This document shows, piece by piece, positions 1 through 10,533 of a stretch of 64,000 bases of DNA. Within the stretch, counting starts at the first letter, position 1; every line of letters begins with the position of its first letter. The position numbers and the translations under genes are program-made. This stretch comes from Penicillus capitatus (taxonomy: Eukaryota > Plantae > Chlorophyta). The stretch is from NCBI GenBank assembly GCA_965649825.1, contig OZ287703.1, forward strand, positions 863,722-927,721. Reading direction: 5' to 3'. The notes below the pieces were generated by a model, which saw nothing but the letters and a program-made list of their open reading frames with translations, searched no databases and had not been told where the DNA came from.

Positions 1-544
1 TGTCTTGTGATCATCCGTTTCGTAGTGGGTGACGCCTTCTGAATACGAGAGTCCGGTACCTATGACAAGACAACGTTTTTTCATTTCTTACAGCAAGGCG
101 GGATCGACCAGCAGGGGAGTCCAGATATATCACACTGGCCACTTTGGTCCATGTATGGGGATTCCTGCTGAGCTTGACGTCGCCGTCGTTGTAGTCGAAA
201 GTAAAAGGGCCATGCTCGTAGACAAATCCGTCAAAGCTCGAGCAACCGGGTCCTCCATTGAGCCAAAGAACGAGGGGGTCGTTTTCGGGGTCGTTTTCCG
301 ATTCGACAAAGTAGTAAAAGAGGTGACTGCGACGTTGTAGATCGACGGTCAGGTATCCGGCATAATGCTTTGACCCGAAACTATCTCCTTTGAATCCGGG
401 AAGCGCGACCACCTCCTCGCGCGAGGAACGATCAACGAGAGTTCCTAAGGAGGGCGTCGAAGACGCAGCTGCGAAGAGACCAGTTCCAAACTCAGATCCC
501 AGACAGAGCAAACAGAGTAAGAGGAGAGACATGATGCGACACAT
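1..544 (-). CDS. Serine carboxypeptidase-like protein (peptidase S10), copy A, 5' part; runs off the window start
   Basis: Signal peptide, HYAGYL, LFYYFVESENDP, PLVLWLNGGPGCSS and WTKVASVIYLDSPAG motifs; ~50-nt GT-AG intron (~60-108) followed by GTGLSYSEG; paralog of 30784-32656. Confidence 0.92.
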
Positions 545-589
545 AGCGACATGCGATGTCGTTTTAGCCGCTTTAGCAGATTGCCATTA

Positions 590-1991
590 AATCACGAACG
601 ACAAAGTACACAACCGCCAAGAGAGTTTCCGCTGTCGCTGACTAGACCTACTCCAAGACGTCGTTCCCACCAAACGTGTGTCAATTTTCCACCGTCTGTT
701 CTTCGGAGACACACGTCAATCACTATGCAAAGATGCGTCCATCTCGTGGTGAGCTCCTTCCTCGCGATGCATCGTCACACGGTCATGGAGTCGACGTCAC
801 GAACTGCGCACGCTCTGCAAACCATTCTTCGTTTCACGTTTCATGCCGCGGCTCGAAACGTCTCATTCATCTTCTTTGTTTGCAGTTCCTTCTGTCACTC
901 TTCCTTTGTGCGAGATCCCAAATGATTCGAGACGGTGAGGCCGTTCTGCTCCTTCTTCAGAGAGTGGCATTTCTGTGTTGCTCAGCGATGGAGACGGCAC
1001 ATCAGAGAGGCTTGGCCGCTGCTGATGTCGAACATCGTGTCTGCGTGAACTTCAAGAACAAGTGCTCCACCGAGACGATCTTCAACGTTGCGATCGCTTA
1101 TCCCTATCGCTCTCTCGAATGGCGATGCCGTGGTTGGATGAACGTCCTGCCACTGCACGAGAAACAGGTCTGCTGGACGAGCTCCGATGCCGCCCACTAC
1201 TACGTCCACGTCAATGTCGAGAACGGCGATCCTTCTCCTTCCTGCCATCTCGATCCCGAAGGAGTCCTTCTGGCCGAGTCCGCCAAAAAGTCCAAGACCG
1301 ACCCGGCGATGCGTGCGCTGACCCTTTGGCCCTTTCACTAGGTTTGCCTTCTGCGCCCACATGCAGCGCGCCTTCGACATCTTCGAGACACTTGACGAAG
1401 ACCTAAACCTCGTCGACGAACAGCTCTTCCAGGCGATGGAGCAGAGCGAAGCCGTCTGCGAGGATTTGAGCGATGACGGCTGTTATCGTCGCATGTCTTT
1501 CCACCAAGTGCCGGCGGACAAGGAGATCGTCCTGGATGTCGGATGTTAGGGAGCGAAGCGACCGCTGCCCAGGAACTCTTTCAAGGTAGCCTCTCTCCCC
1601 TTCCCTCTATACGATGGCATGTGTGGCGCTGTAGATACCGCGACCGACGTCTTCTGTTCAGAATAACATTCCTTTAGTCGAATGAGAATGATCCATGAGA
1701 ATGCCGTATGTCAATTGGGGGGGGGTTCGTAGCTGTATGTCTGTCTGTTCGAATGCATGCACTAGCCGAGTTTGTTTATGTGTCCGCCATTGAGAATTCC
1801 TAAGTATGTCTATCTGTCTAGTTCGCCTAGGTGAACCTCAAGACAACAAAAGTATTCGTCGAGTCTCACTCAACTCTGTCCTTTTTTGGTCGTCGGTCCC
1901 TTTGTCGTTGTAATCGACTGATGTCGTGTACTTGACTCGTTCGTGCGGCAAAAGAGATTCAAAGTGATTTGCGCTGACGCAGAGCTCTCTC
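590..1991. repeat. Near-identical core of a long inverted repeat, arm 1 (partner 29076-30480)
   Basis: Reverse complement of 29076-30480 matches almost base for base, including intergenic DNA and the G/C homopolymer; ORFs 676-1341/29727-30560 and 1361-1549/29519-29707 are near identical. Confidence 0.93.
733..1549 (+). CDS. Secreted/membrane DUF1036-like Cys-containing protein, copy A (spliced)
   Basis: Hydrophobic N-region; intron ~1290-1341 joins AESAKK to FAFCAHMQRAFDIF in frame; motif order FxNxCS..VAIAY..W..GW.NV.P..YY..FC..F.I..C..G..R..F..V recalls DUF1036 (recognised from memory). Confidence 0.55.
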
Positions 1992-2370
1992 CGTAACGAG
2001 CTTCTCTCCTCTAGGATTTTCACATTTGTCTCGTCAGCAACGACGTTAACTGATCGACGTCGAAAGGAACATACATCCCTTCAATACTTCCCACCAATAG
2101 CATCCGACCGAACACCAAGGCTCGACGCAGTTCCTACAACGTCAATGCGAAACGTCCTGCCTTGGAGACGATGGACGGCTGGTCTTTCTTGTCCCCTATT
2201 GTTATCAGTGGAATCGCGACAGCACTGAAGAAAACGCGTCAATGGAGACGAAGCGGACCATCATTGAGACTTCTAAACAAGCACTGGTCTCAAGCCATAG
2301 ACAGCAACATCGTGGAAGTGCGCCCCAGTCACGGCCGAAAAATCGACGCAAAGGACGTGGTGTCCTTGTT

Positions 2371-3989
2371 AATAAAATTGGCGCTTCTTACATCCCCTTT
2401 TCAAGTTAAACATCAGAGGAGAGGGCAACAACAGTGTTTAGGCTAAGCAGAGCGAGACCCGAATCAGAAACTTGCGTGTAATGACTTATAGATCAGGGAA
2501 TTCCTCGAGAGGCACTGGGGGGCCGTGTAAACGCGCGGATGGGTAACACCATGTAGTCTAGCGTGGCGAACGCAGACTTGGGGTCTTTCAGTTGCTCGAA
2601 TAGAGTCTTCGACACGAAGACCTTCAGGTTCCTGCTGGGTGTCCATTCCGGGAGGGACTGTCCGGCCGCGTCACGTTTGCGGCGGTTCATTCTGTGTGGA
2701 GCTGCCAGGTGCTTTTCTTCGAGTTCGGGCGCAGAGATCTGCCAGCGGGAGGCATTCTGCTCGGCGATTGCTGCTATTGCGTCTTCCGGGTCTATGTCCA
2801 GGTCGACATTGCTGATGACCACGGGGACTTTGTCTTTAGTCGGCGAGAGGTACGGATTGTTAACTGTGAACGTGCCGATATCCGGCAGTTCGAGGTCCCA
2901 GGCATCTCCTGCGCATTCTAGGCAGTGATCCAACGATTTCTCGAAGGACTCGCGTAGATCTGCACGGATTTGCACGTAGTAGCGGCCTCCGTGATCTGTT
3001 CTGATATCTTCGACGTAGTTCTTGAGATTCCTGATCTGGAGCTTTCGCTCCAGGCTGATTCCGAGCTGACGGAACGACGGGCGATCTCCCTTCAGCTTCA
3101 CTGGGCACAGCTGGAAGCTGCGCTCATCGCATCTGATCTGGGCTTTGAGCTCCTGGGTTTTCTTCCTGAGCTCTCTGGCCTGGGCGTTCCGTTGCTGTTG
3201 TGCTGGAGACTTTGTGGGCAGGGCCTTTCGGGCGGCCTCCCGGTACGATTTGGGAGCAGCGCTTCCGGATTCTGTTGCAGCTAGGTTTCTGTCTGCCGGA
3301 GCGGGGGGCGTGGTGTGGGCGGCGGGCGGTGACCAATCCGTGATGCTGTGATAAAACAGCATGCAGTTCTGGACATCTTGTAGTCTGGAGATGGCATGGA
3401 CAGCCTGCATCATTGCAATGCCTTTGAGGTCCATCTGCGAGACGATGTTCTCTATGATTCCGAGGGATGAGCGGATGTCATCTGAGCATGCCCGGAGGAG
3501 TTGGCTCGGCGGAGCGGAGTGACGTGAGCGGCAGAGAGCGGTCGTGTGTGAATCTCCTTCTCGTGGCAGGTCTGGGGCTTCTGGCGCCAGGAGCAGCTGG
3601 TTCCGCAGGTTCTCGAGTCTGTTCGCTAGAACTATCTGGGCTTCGTCTTTCTTTTCATGCGCCGACAGGTAGGCGCGGATCTTGTCGATGAGCGTGGCTG
3701 GTTCCACGGTCGCTGCGATGTGCGATGGGCAGGCTTGGAGGGCGGTGTTGACGAGTATGAGCTCCTTCTTGCTCATCTCTTCGAGCACCTCAGAGGACCG
3801 GCGTAGATCGCGTCGGTACCGGACCGTATGGGCCGCTTGCGCTACCGCCGTGCGCACTGGGTCGGGGGCGGAGCCAGGACCTTCGGGCTGCGAACCGGAA
3901 GGCTGCATAGTGCGTAGAACTCGCGTTCGGACACCGTCGTTCAGCAAGGAAATGTAGCGGGCAGAACGGAGGTGTCGTACGGAAAAGAT
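2371..3989 (-). mobile_element. ORF1-only (gag-like) non-autonomous non-LTR retroelement, full length, 14-bp TSD
   Basis: GTGGTGTCCTTGTT duplicated at 2357-2370 and 3990-4003; single ORF; no RT, LTR or TIR; TGTAA (minus strand, 2388-2392) 17 nt before the 3' end. Confidence 0.88.
2493..3908 (-). CDS. LINE ORF1/gag-like protein (471 aa from first ATG), lacking C-terminal zinc knuckles
   Basis: Helical N-terminus, SYREAARK motif, then VVISNVDLDIDPEDAIAAIAEQN..HRMNRRK..TPSRNLKVFV..LDYMVLPIRAFTRPP, resembling the pre-knuckle domain of I/Jockey/Tad-group ORF1; stop falls where CxxC would begin. Confidence 0.72.
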   Translation of the reverse strand: MQPSGSQPEGPGSAPDPVRTAVAQAAHTVRYRRDLRRSSEVLEEMSKKELILVNTALQACPSHIAATVEPATLIDKIRAYLSAHEKKDEAQIVLANRLENLRNQLLLAPEAPDLPREGDSHTTALCRSRHSAPPSQLLRACSDDIRSSLGIIENIVSQMDLKGIAMMQAVHAISRLQDVQNCMLFYHSITDWSPPAAHTTPPAPADRNLAATESGSAAPKSYREAARKALPTKSPAQQQRNAQARELRKKTQELKAQIRCDERSFQLCPVKLKGDRPSFRQLGISLERKLQIRNLKNYVEDIRTDHGGRYYVQIRADLRESFEKSLDHCLECAGDAWDLELPDIGTFTVNNPYLSPTKDKVPVVISNVDLDIDPEDAIAAIAEQNASRWQISAPELEEKHLAAPHRMNRRKRDAAGQSLPEWTPSRNLKVFVSKTLFEQLKDPKSAFATLDYMVLPIRAFTRPPSASRGIP

Positions 3990-5009
3990 GTGGTGTCCTT
4001 GTTGAAGTTTTCTTGTCTCACCACAGTTGATGTCTCGCCTTTCTTGATCTGTGGAAATGAAGATTTAGCTCAAGAGGCATCTCGCATGACATTCTTGTTC
4101 TCTTTGCTATGTGTCTACCTCGACAACCTCGAGCGCGTGGTGGACGTTCTCGTCTGCCTTCCTCTCCTCCGTTCTCTCGAATTGGATGAGGGCACCGTAT
4201 GCATTGCCTCAGCGTGGACCAATAATGGGGTGAAATTCTGGTCGAAGCTCACAGGAATCAAATCCATCTTCGTTTACGGTGGGGCCAATCCAAGAATCGA
4301 TGGCGCGTTCCCGATCGCAGAGGCAGAATTCTCTCAGTGGTCAAACAGAGGGTTCGAGCTGTGTAACCTTGAGACATTCCTTCACATGTTCAGAAACTCG
4401 CAGACTTTGGAAGCGGACGGGCGCCTTTTAGGAGAACCAGATCTCTACATTCGCCTTTTTCAAGCACCCGCAGCTATCGAACACAACGACGTTCAAGTCG
4501 GAGTATCCTTGCAGAGAAACTGCAAAGTCGATGCCTCATGTATCACTTCACTGTCTGCGAGAAAACCTACGAAGGCAGATCTCCTCTGGATAGCAAACCT
4601 CCCTCAGTTGAAACGGCTTATGATCGACGGCATATATGCGGAGACAACCCCGTACAACCTTATCCCTTGCAACTTTGGAACACTGGAAAGTCTGAAGATC
4701 GAAATTTACTTCGTCAGTGAGCCTGGACATCTGCCTGATGCGTTGTTCTGTTCTCTGCGTCGCCTCCGAGCACTTCGTCTGCGTGGTATCAAATTCGCCG
4801 GAAAGGCAATGGAGGGAAATCTGCCAGAGTTGCGCGTACTTTATGTTACCGACTGTTCCGTCACGGATGATCACTTCTCTTTCTTTTCGCGTTTGAAGAA
4901 CCTCGACAGTCTAAGCTGGACGTACAACCGTAGACACCACTCTTCTGGCGACTCTGAGTTCTTGGCAATGCTCACACAGGCGACAAATCTCAGATCGCTT
5001 ATTCTTGCA

Positions 5010-8000
5010 CCTGTGCTTCATCACAAGATATTCCACTACCTGGAAAGATTGAATAACTTGGAGGTGCTTGTCCTTGATATCAGGCAGATTTTAAACCTAG
5101 ATGGTCTTCACAAACTGAACGGCCTTGCGAACCTGGAAGCGCTGCGCATATCAACAAATCAGGAGCCAGCCGTGTTGGACGTGTTACATTCTCTTAAGCT
5201 GTCAACCAATCTGCAGATCTTGTACGTGAATACGAAGAAATGGAGCCGTCTTCACGATGGGGACAGTGAACTGGAAGTCAGAGTACTGGGAGCGAGTCTT
5301 AGGGATTATTCTATTTTCAGCTTTTACCGGCCTTTCGGATGAAACCGATCGTCATGAAGTCCTTTGCTGATCAGATCTGCTATCCTTTAAGCAATGGTCC
5401 AAACTTTCACAAAAACCAACGGGCACCGTGCCGTTGTTCATCAAGCATAACAGTCCTTGACAGTTTCTCGTTAAACGAATGCGAAACTGTTTCGTCCATC
5501 CACACGTGTTCATTGCCACCAACGCGCATCCATAGCTTCAGTCTCAAAGAGAACACGCTTAGGATGAAAAACAAGCGCTTCAGCGACGTATCTGTTCGCC
5601 TGCTACGCTCTTTTCTACAAGATCTCTCAGGGAAGGTCACTACTAAAACTGTCTTCCATTTCGGCGTGACTGCTCCTCTGATAAAGCAAATCCAAATCCA
5701 GACGACAATGTGGCTGCTTTCGTGCAGAATAGCGCACGCCAAATCAGGAAGGTGGCCTATTGGATCTCAGTCCGGCGATGAGACCTGTGTCCTTCGCAAC
5801 ACAGAAATCGATGTCCGCTCATATCGCTTCTGATTTGACGTTTCCGATTAGTCATTGACTCCGTCCAAAGGAGTCTACGTCGTTTTCGGGGATCTCGCAA
5901 TGAGCATGATCCTTGTGAGATTTTAGAAATTGAGGGCACAGTATGTCCTGACAAGAGCGCTCAACTAGTTTTGTAAGACGATAGATTCAACTGGAATCAT
6001 CCTGGATTTGAACGAGACTTTGAGATCGATAGCTTTCGGACATCTCAGGACATACAGTGTGCATTGTATCAGCAGACCGTATAAATACATCAGTAATGCG
6101 TTTTGGTCCATCCTGTGTCGATCGAATGCGACAAATAGAGTGGATGTCTATACCATCATAGACACTGTCGTCTGTCATAAGCACTTCGATCCAGCCTCGT
6201 ACAGTTCATCCTGCCAAGTGACCTTGTTGATTGGATTCCACAAACTTGAACCCGTCCCTAAAGAGTTAGAGTAAGAAAAAGAGACCAGCTGCTTGAAACA
6301 ACCACGTGTGTCACCTATGCAGTTCTCACTGATTCACTGCCACAGAACGGGACGATATCGATACTGCAACGCATTGTTCGGAATGGCTGATGTCTCCGAA
6401 ACTGTAGTTCTCTCCCTCATACAAATCGAGGGTGGAACGGGATGGCGAAGCTCTGTGGCCAACAATTCGTTCTGTTATCTACTTCATTAATAATTCCATC
6501 GGCTCTTATGTTTGACGTGACCTTGATACCACGCACAAACAGTTTCCTGGTGAATGGGGTTTAGTTATCGCAGTCACATCGTGCGCAGTTCCGCGTAGTT
6601 AACCAAAAAGTGGTCGAATGGCGTGTTAGTACGTTCGCCGCAGTATAAACGTCAACCAGACTTTACATTAAAACAGACGTTACCGACACCGTGGTGACAC
6701 TGGTGCTATCGAAGCGAAGAGTCCACAGCGCCACGTCTATCTGTTCGCGGTCACGTAACAGTCATTCGGCTGACTCTGATTGCGACAAACGGTTAACAGC
6801 CTTCGACGGTGTTTTTGTTTTCTATCTACTCGAGCCAGAAAGAATGTTCGTCTACATCAGAAGGCCGACGGTGAAACCTTTTCTTATGTCTTGCTCTCCC
6901 GAAGACACCGTTGGTGATATGAAAATGAAAGTGTGCAATACAGAGGGAATCTCACCCTGTCAGCAACTGTTTACGAATCAAAGCGGAAGGCCCATGGTCG
7001 ATGGCAAACTCAAGGACTACGGTATTGAAGACAGACACTCTATATTCCTGGAGCTTCTGCCGAGTGCTCGAGATGCAATGGAGATACGCGTCAAGATGAT
7101 CACTGGAAAAATCATTTCTATTTCTTGCTCTCCTGGAGACATCGTCGATGATATCAAAAACAAACTACGCGACGAAAATGGGATCCCGCCCCATCAGCAG
7201 CGTTTGATTTATGCCGGGAAACAGCTGGAAGACAGCAGAACTCTTAAAGACTACGACATTAAAGACGGGGCCATGTTGCAGCAGATTCTCAGGTTGATGG
7301 GCGGCGGTTGTATGTTCGCTGGAGTGGGATTTAACTTCGCCAGTATGAAAAGCGGCGGCAAGAAACAATTTTCCCAGAATGCGCCGGATTACAGAATCGT
7401 CGGAGAAGGATTCAATCTGGAGGGTCGATGCATAAATGAAAAGTGTGAAGCTTTCAAGCAATTGGCATGGAGTAAACTTGGATTCTCACGCTCTCTTAAC
7501 GAAGTCAATTCTCTCTTTGAGACAGCAGGCTTCAACATAGGCTTACTGCTGCACAACACGCCATGTCCCCTCTGCAATGAGTCAATGGACCCTGATTCCA
7601 TCGTGTCTTGCGGATTCTATCGATGCCGGTACACTTTTGAAGGCTATCAGCAAGGCGAGAAGACAGTCATCAAAGGAAGTAGCAAGGCGGAAGACTACGA
7701 TGGAATCGAGTATCACAGTGGAGTGATGAACAGCAAGACATGGACGACGTTGATCATTGTCGTCAAACCTCTTTAAAATGCCATTGCCTGACGCAACTTG
7801 AGATAAGCGTCATTGTATTTTTTGAAGAAACTGTCGTTTTGAGAAGTCTCGTACAAACCTAGAAGCAGCAGGTAACGTGGGACATATTACTTATATTCTC
7901 TTGATCTGTGAACTAATCTGCCGACCATATGCGTAAACCAGAATATTTGTTTCCATTGTTGCTGTGTCAAACGTGTGCGAGAAACAACGATCTGAGGATT

Positions 8001-8389
8001 TGTTTGTTCTCTCTTTGAACATGTGGTTTAAAACAATTTGCGTGTATGACAATCACAACCTCATCTCACTTACCTTGGCATTATTGTAAAAGGGCGTAGT
8101 AGCTGACAGGATGAAACAGGGTCTTTAAAAGAGATCATTCAGTGTGAGGATCGATAATGGATGGCTCTTGGAGCAGATGTGCTCTGATCAGACAGACTGT
8201 ATTCGTAGATAGACAGTTGGGCGAACGTGTTGGAGAACTGCCACCGCATCCATTCATAGGAATTACATTGCAGCACGACGACCGCTTGCCGTTGCTTCTG
8301 CCACACTCCGGTCGCGTTTGAGCGAAATGCCGATCTTCGATGCAACAGGCTCGTTTCGCGATCGGACGGGATTGGAGCATCGCTTCTCC
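5010..8389 (+). repeat. Tandem segmental duplication, copy 1 (LRR 3' end, intergenic DNA, ubiquitin-fusion gene, downstream DNA)
   Basis: Colinear similarity to 10186-14195 from CCTGTGCTTCATCACAAG to GCATCGCTTCTCC; promoter segment ~6530-6790 is diverged. Confidence 0.9.
6844..7776 (+). CDS. Ubiquitin-like x2 plus Cys-rich C-terminal domain fusion protein (no intron in this CDS)
   Basis: Two UBL units (second: [31 protein letters not shown]), then [31 protein letters not shown]. Confidence 0.85.
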   Translation: MFVYIRRPTVKPFLMSCSPEDTVGDMKMKVCNTEGISPCQQLFTNQSGRPMVDGKLKDYGIEDRHSIFLELLPSARDAMEIRVKMITGKIISISCSPGDIVDDIKNKLRDENGIPPHQQRLIYAGKQLEDSRTLKDYDIKDGAMLQQILRLMGGGCMFAGVGFNFASMKSGGKKQFSQNAPDYRIVGEGFNLEGRCINEKCEAFKQLAWSKLGFSRSLNEVNSLFETAGFNIGLLLHNTPCPLCNESMDPDSIVSCGFYRCRYTFEGYQQGEKTVIKGSSKAEDYDGIEYHSGVMNSKTWTTLIIVVKPL

Positions 8390-10185
8390 ATCGATCTCCG
8401 GAGCGCCTTCGACTCTACAGACAATGATCTCATCTGGTCCAAGCTCAGCTCCTCCCAGGTTCCACACTACCTTCTACGAATGATAAATCTGTTCCTCGAC
8501 CAAAGCAGCCCAGATCACCACACAAGCCGAGACATATCCCGCCTCTCTCAACCGCGGAGTAAGTACCACGAGACAGTCCGTTATCAACTGCACTTTTCGC
8601 GATCTTTGTGAATGACGTAACTGTAAAACTCCGCCTAGGCCCCATGACGTAGCAAACGCGCTTCGACGCCCAGAACGATCGCTTTACACTCGATCTCATT
8701 CGAACAATCGCAAAAACACGAAAAGTCCACACAGAGCGACATGACGGTTCAGCTTCCCTTCGTTATTCTTTCGCTGAGATGCCTCTCGCTTCCCCCTTTA
8801 TTCGTTCTTGTTTAACCAGCCGGGTTCACAGTAACCCAGATTTGCACTGGCGAGGTATACTCCCAACTTTACGCCGATGACCTGATTCTGTAGAGACAAG
8901 TCGAGAAAGACGGTACGGTCTGTGTAGATCTCAAGAATGTACCCTCAACGCGTTGTAGCTCTGGTGCACCCGAAATCGCATGAAGTGCAACCGCTCCAAA
9001 ACCCAGTTCTTGTGCTGCACCCGCCTTCAGAGACCGCAATGCCCATCATTGTCCTTCTCGGTGAACCGCTTCAACCCTCCCGCAACCGCAAGTGCCTCGG
9101 GATCCTCTTCGATCGACGCTGCTCCTTCCATGCACACGCAGAGTACCTCAAGAGGAAGATGTCGCAACGTCTCCTAACCATCCGAAAGCTGGCAACAACA
9201 CATTGGGGTGCATCCCCACAGGTCATGCGAACCCTGGTACGCGGCACTCTTCTCCCACCGGCAACATATAGAGCCTCTTCGTGGGGACCCTTCGTGTACA
9301 ACAATTGCTCCAAGACACATCGAATCAATCGGATTTTCAGAATCGCAGCAATTGCGATCACAGCGACTCTCCGCACTTCATCCTTTACCGAAGTCATGCA
9401 CTTAGCCGGACTCGAATCATTCGAAGCCCTGTTACGTACAGAAATTCTCAAGAAGGCAGGCAACTGGAGTTATGAACAGCTCTCCCCGAACCCCCTAGCC
9501 CGACGTATCCCTCTCGTCTCTTAGTCACCAGAAAGCTACTCGCGTCTATGCCCAAGGAATCACAGCAACTCTTTCAGAGTTTGTCCGCACGCCACTGGAA
9601 ACCAGAAGCGTTAAGCTGACCACACACGTAGTTGATCTCCTCTTTCCAGGAAGACCCTCATCCCTCTGCTGGCAAAGCATCACTTAATTAGAGTTCATTT
9701 GCTTGGCTCTCCAATTGGATCTTCAAGAACTCAGTCGACTCGACCTGTCGTTCCTTGCACAATTCCTGCTGGATCACTAGCGCTGACGGCAATATCTTTA
9801 CCGCATCAGAAAACACACCTCCCCGCTCTGCCTCCTGTGTACTCAACATGAAGAGTCAAGACAACAGATACTATAATGTCCCCTCACTCAATATCTCCGC
9901 TCTCAGCACCTCCCGAACATCAGCAACTTTGGAGATTCTTAGCCAACACCTCCGAAAACGTTCTACCTTCCAATCCCTCTCGAACTTTCTGGGTGCCCTT
10001 TATCGCTTGTAGTACACGTGTGAAATTCTGCGAGTTCTGTATTGTATGCTCCATTCCGTTGTCTCTGTTGCTCGAAGTGATATCTGTCAGTTTTAGCTCC
10101 ACCAAACACAATGCCTATCTGACTCCTCTTGTACCCCAGCCCTAAATGCCTCTTGCGAAGGGCTTTAAACAAGCATTCACACACG
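8390..10185 (+). mobile_element. 5'-truncated, decayed LINE (I/Tad-group-like ORF2 remnant) with complete 3' end
   Basis: RT motifs in order: IDLRSAFDS (~8390), NRGV..SPLSTALFAIFVND (~8545-8616), LYADDLIL (8870), KCLGILFDRR and HWG thumb (ORF 8937-9524), YLYRI..SPLCLLC..E..IL*CP CCHC remnant (~9800-9880); ORF2 ends ~10012; stops and frameshifts present. Confidence 0.88.
8621..8831. mobile_element. 211-bp MITE-like insertion with TAA TSD and imperfect TIRs
   Basis: TAA at 8618-8620 and 8832-8834; ends CTGTAAAACTCCG.. and ..CCGGGTTCACAG; excision restores FVNDVTQICTGEVYSQLYADD in frame. Confidence 0.8.
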
Positions 10186-10533
10186 CCTGTGCTTCATCAC
10201 AAGATATTCCACTACCTGGAAAGATTGAATAACTTGGAGGTGCTTGTCCTTGATATCAGGCTGATTTCAAACCTAGATGGTCTTCACAAACTGAACGGCC
10301 TCACGAACCTGGAAGCGCTGCGCATATCAACAAATCAGGAGCAAGCCGTGTTGGACGTGTTACATTCTCTCAAGTTGTCAACCAATCTGCAGATCTTGTA
10401 CGTGAATACAAAGAAATGGAGCCGTCTTCACGATGGGGACAGAGAACTGGAAGTCAGAGTACTGGGAGCGAGTCTTGGGGCTTATTCTCTTTTCAACTTT
10501 TACCGGCCTTTCGGACGAAACCCATCGTCATGA
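10186..10533 (+). pseudogene. 3' fragment of the F-box/LRR gene
   Basis: PVLHHKIFHYLERLNNLEVLVLDI..FYRPFG nearly identical to the C-terminus of 3972-5342; begins abruptly at the LINE 3' end with no 5' part. Confidence 0.85.

Larger units (their letters stand above)
2171..5342 (+). pseudogene. Intronless F-box/LRR (RNI-like) gene, copy A, interrupted by a 1.6-kb retroelement
   Basis: N-terminal F-box-like MDGWSFLSPIVISGIATAL..LRLLNKHW; removing 2371-4003 restores one frame (KDVVSLL-KFSCL) of 513 codons, colinear with the intact paralog 27206-28738; LxxLxxLxL repeats. Confidence 0.88.

Noticed and set aside
2464-2520. Programmed -1 frameshift into a zinc knuckle after RPP (PQC in the shifted frame)
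   Set aside because: The shifted frames (PQCLSRNSL.., PQCTTRNYL..) form no CxxC-H-C motif and are not conserved between copies; better read as a relic.
2371-3989. Insert as a DNA transposon, LTR element or intron
   Set aside because: No terminal inverted or direct repeats and no GT-AG ends on the host strand.
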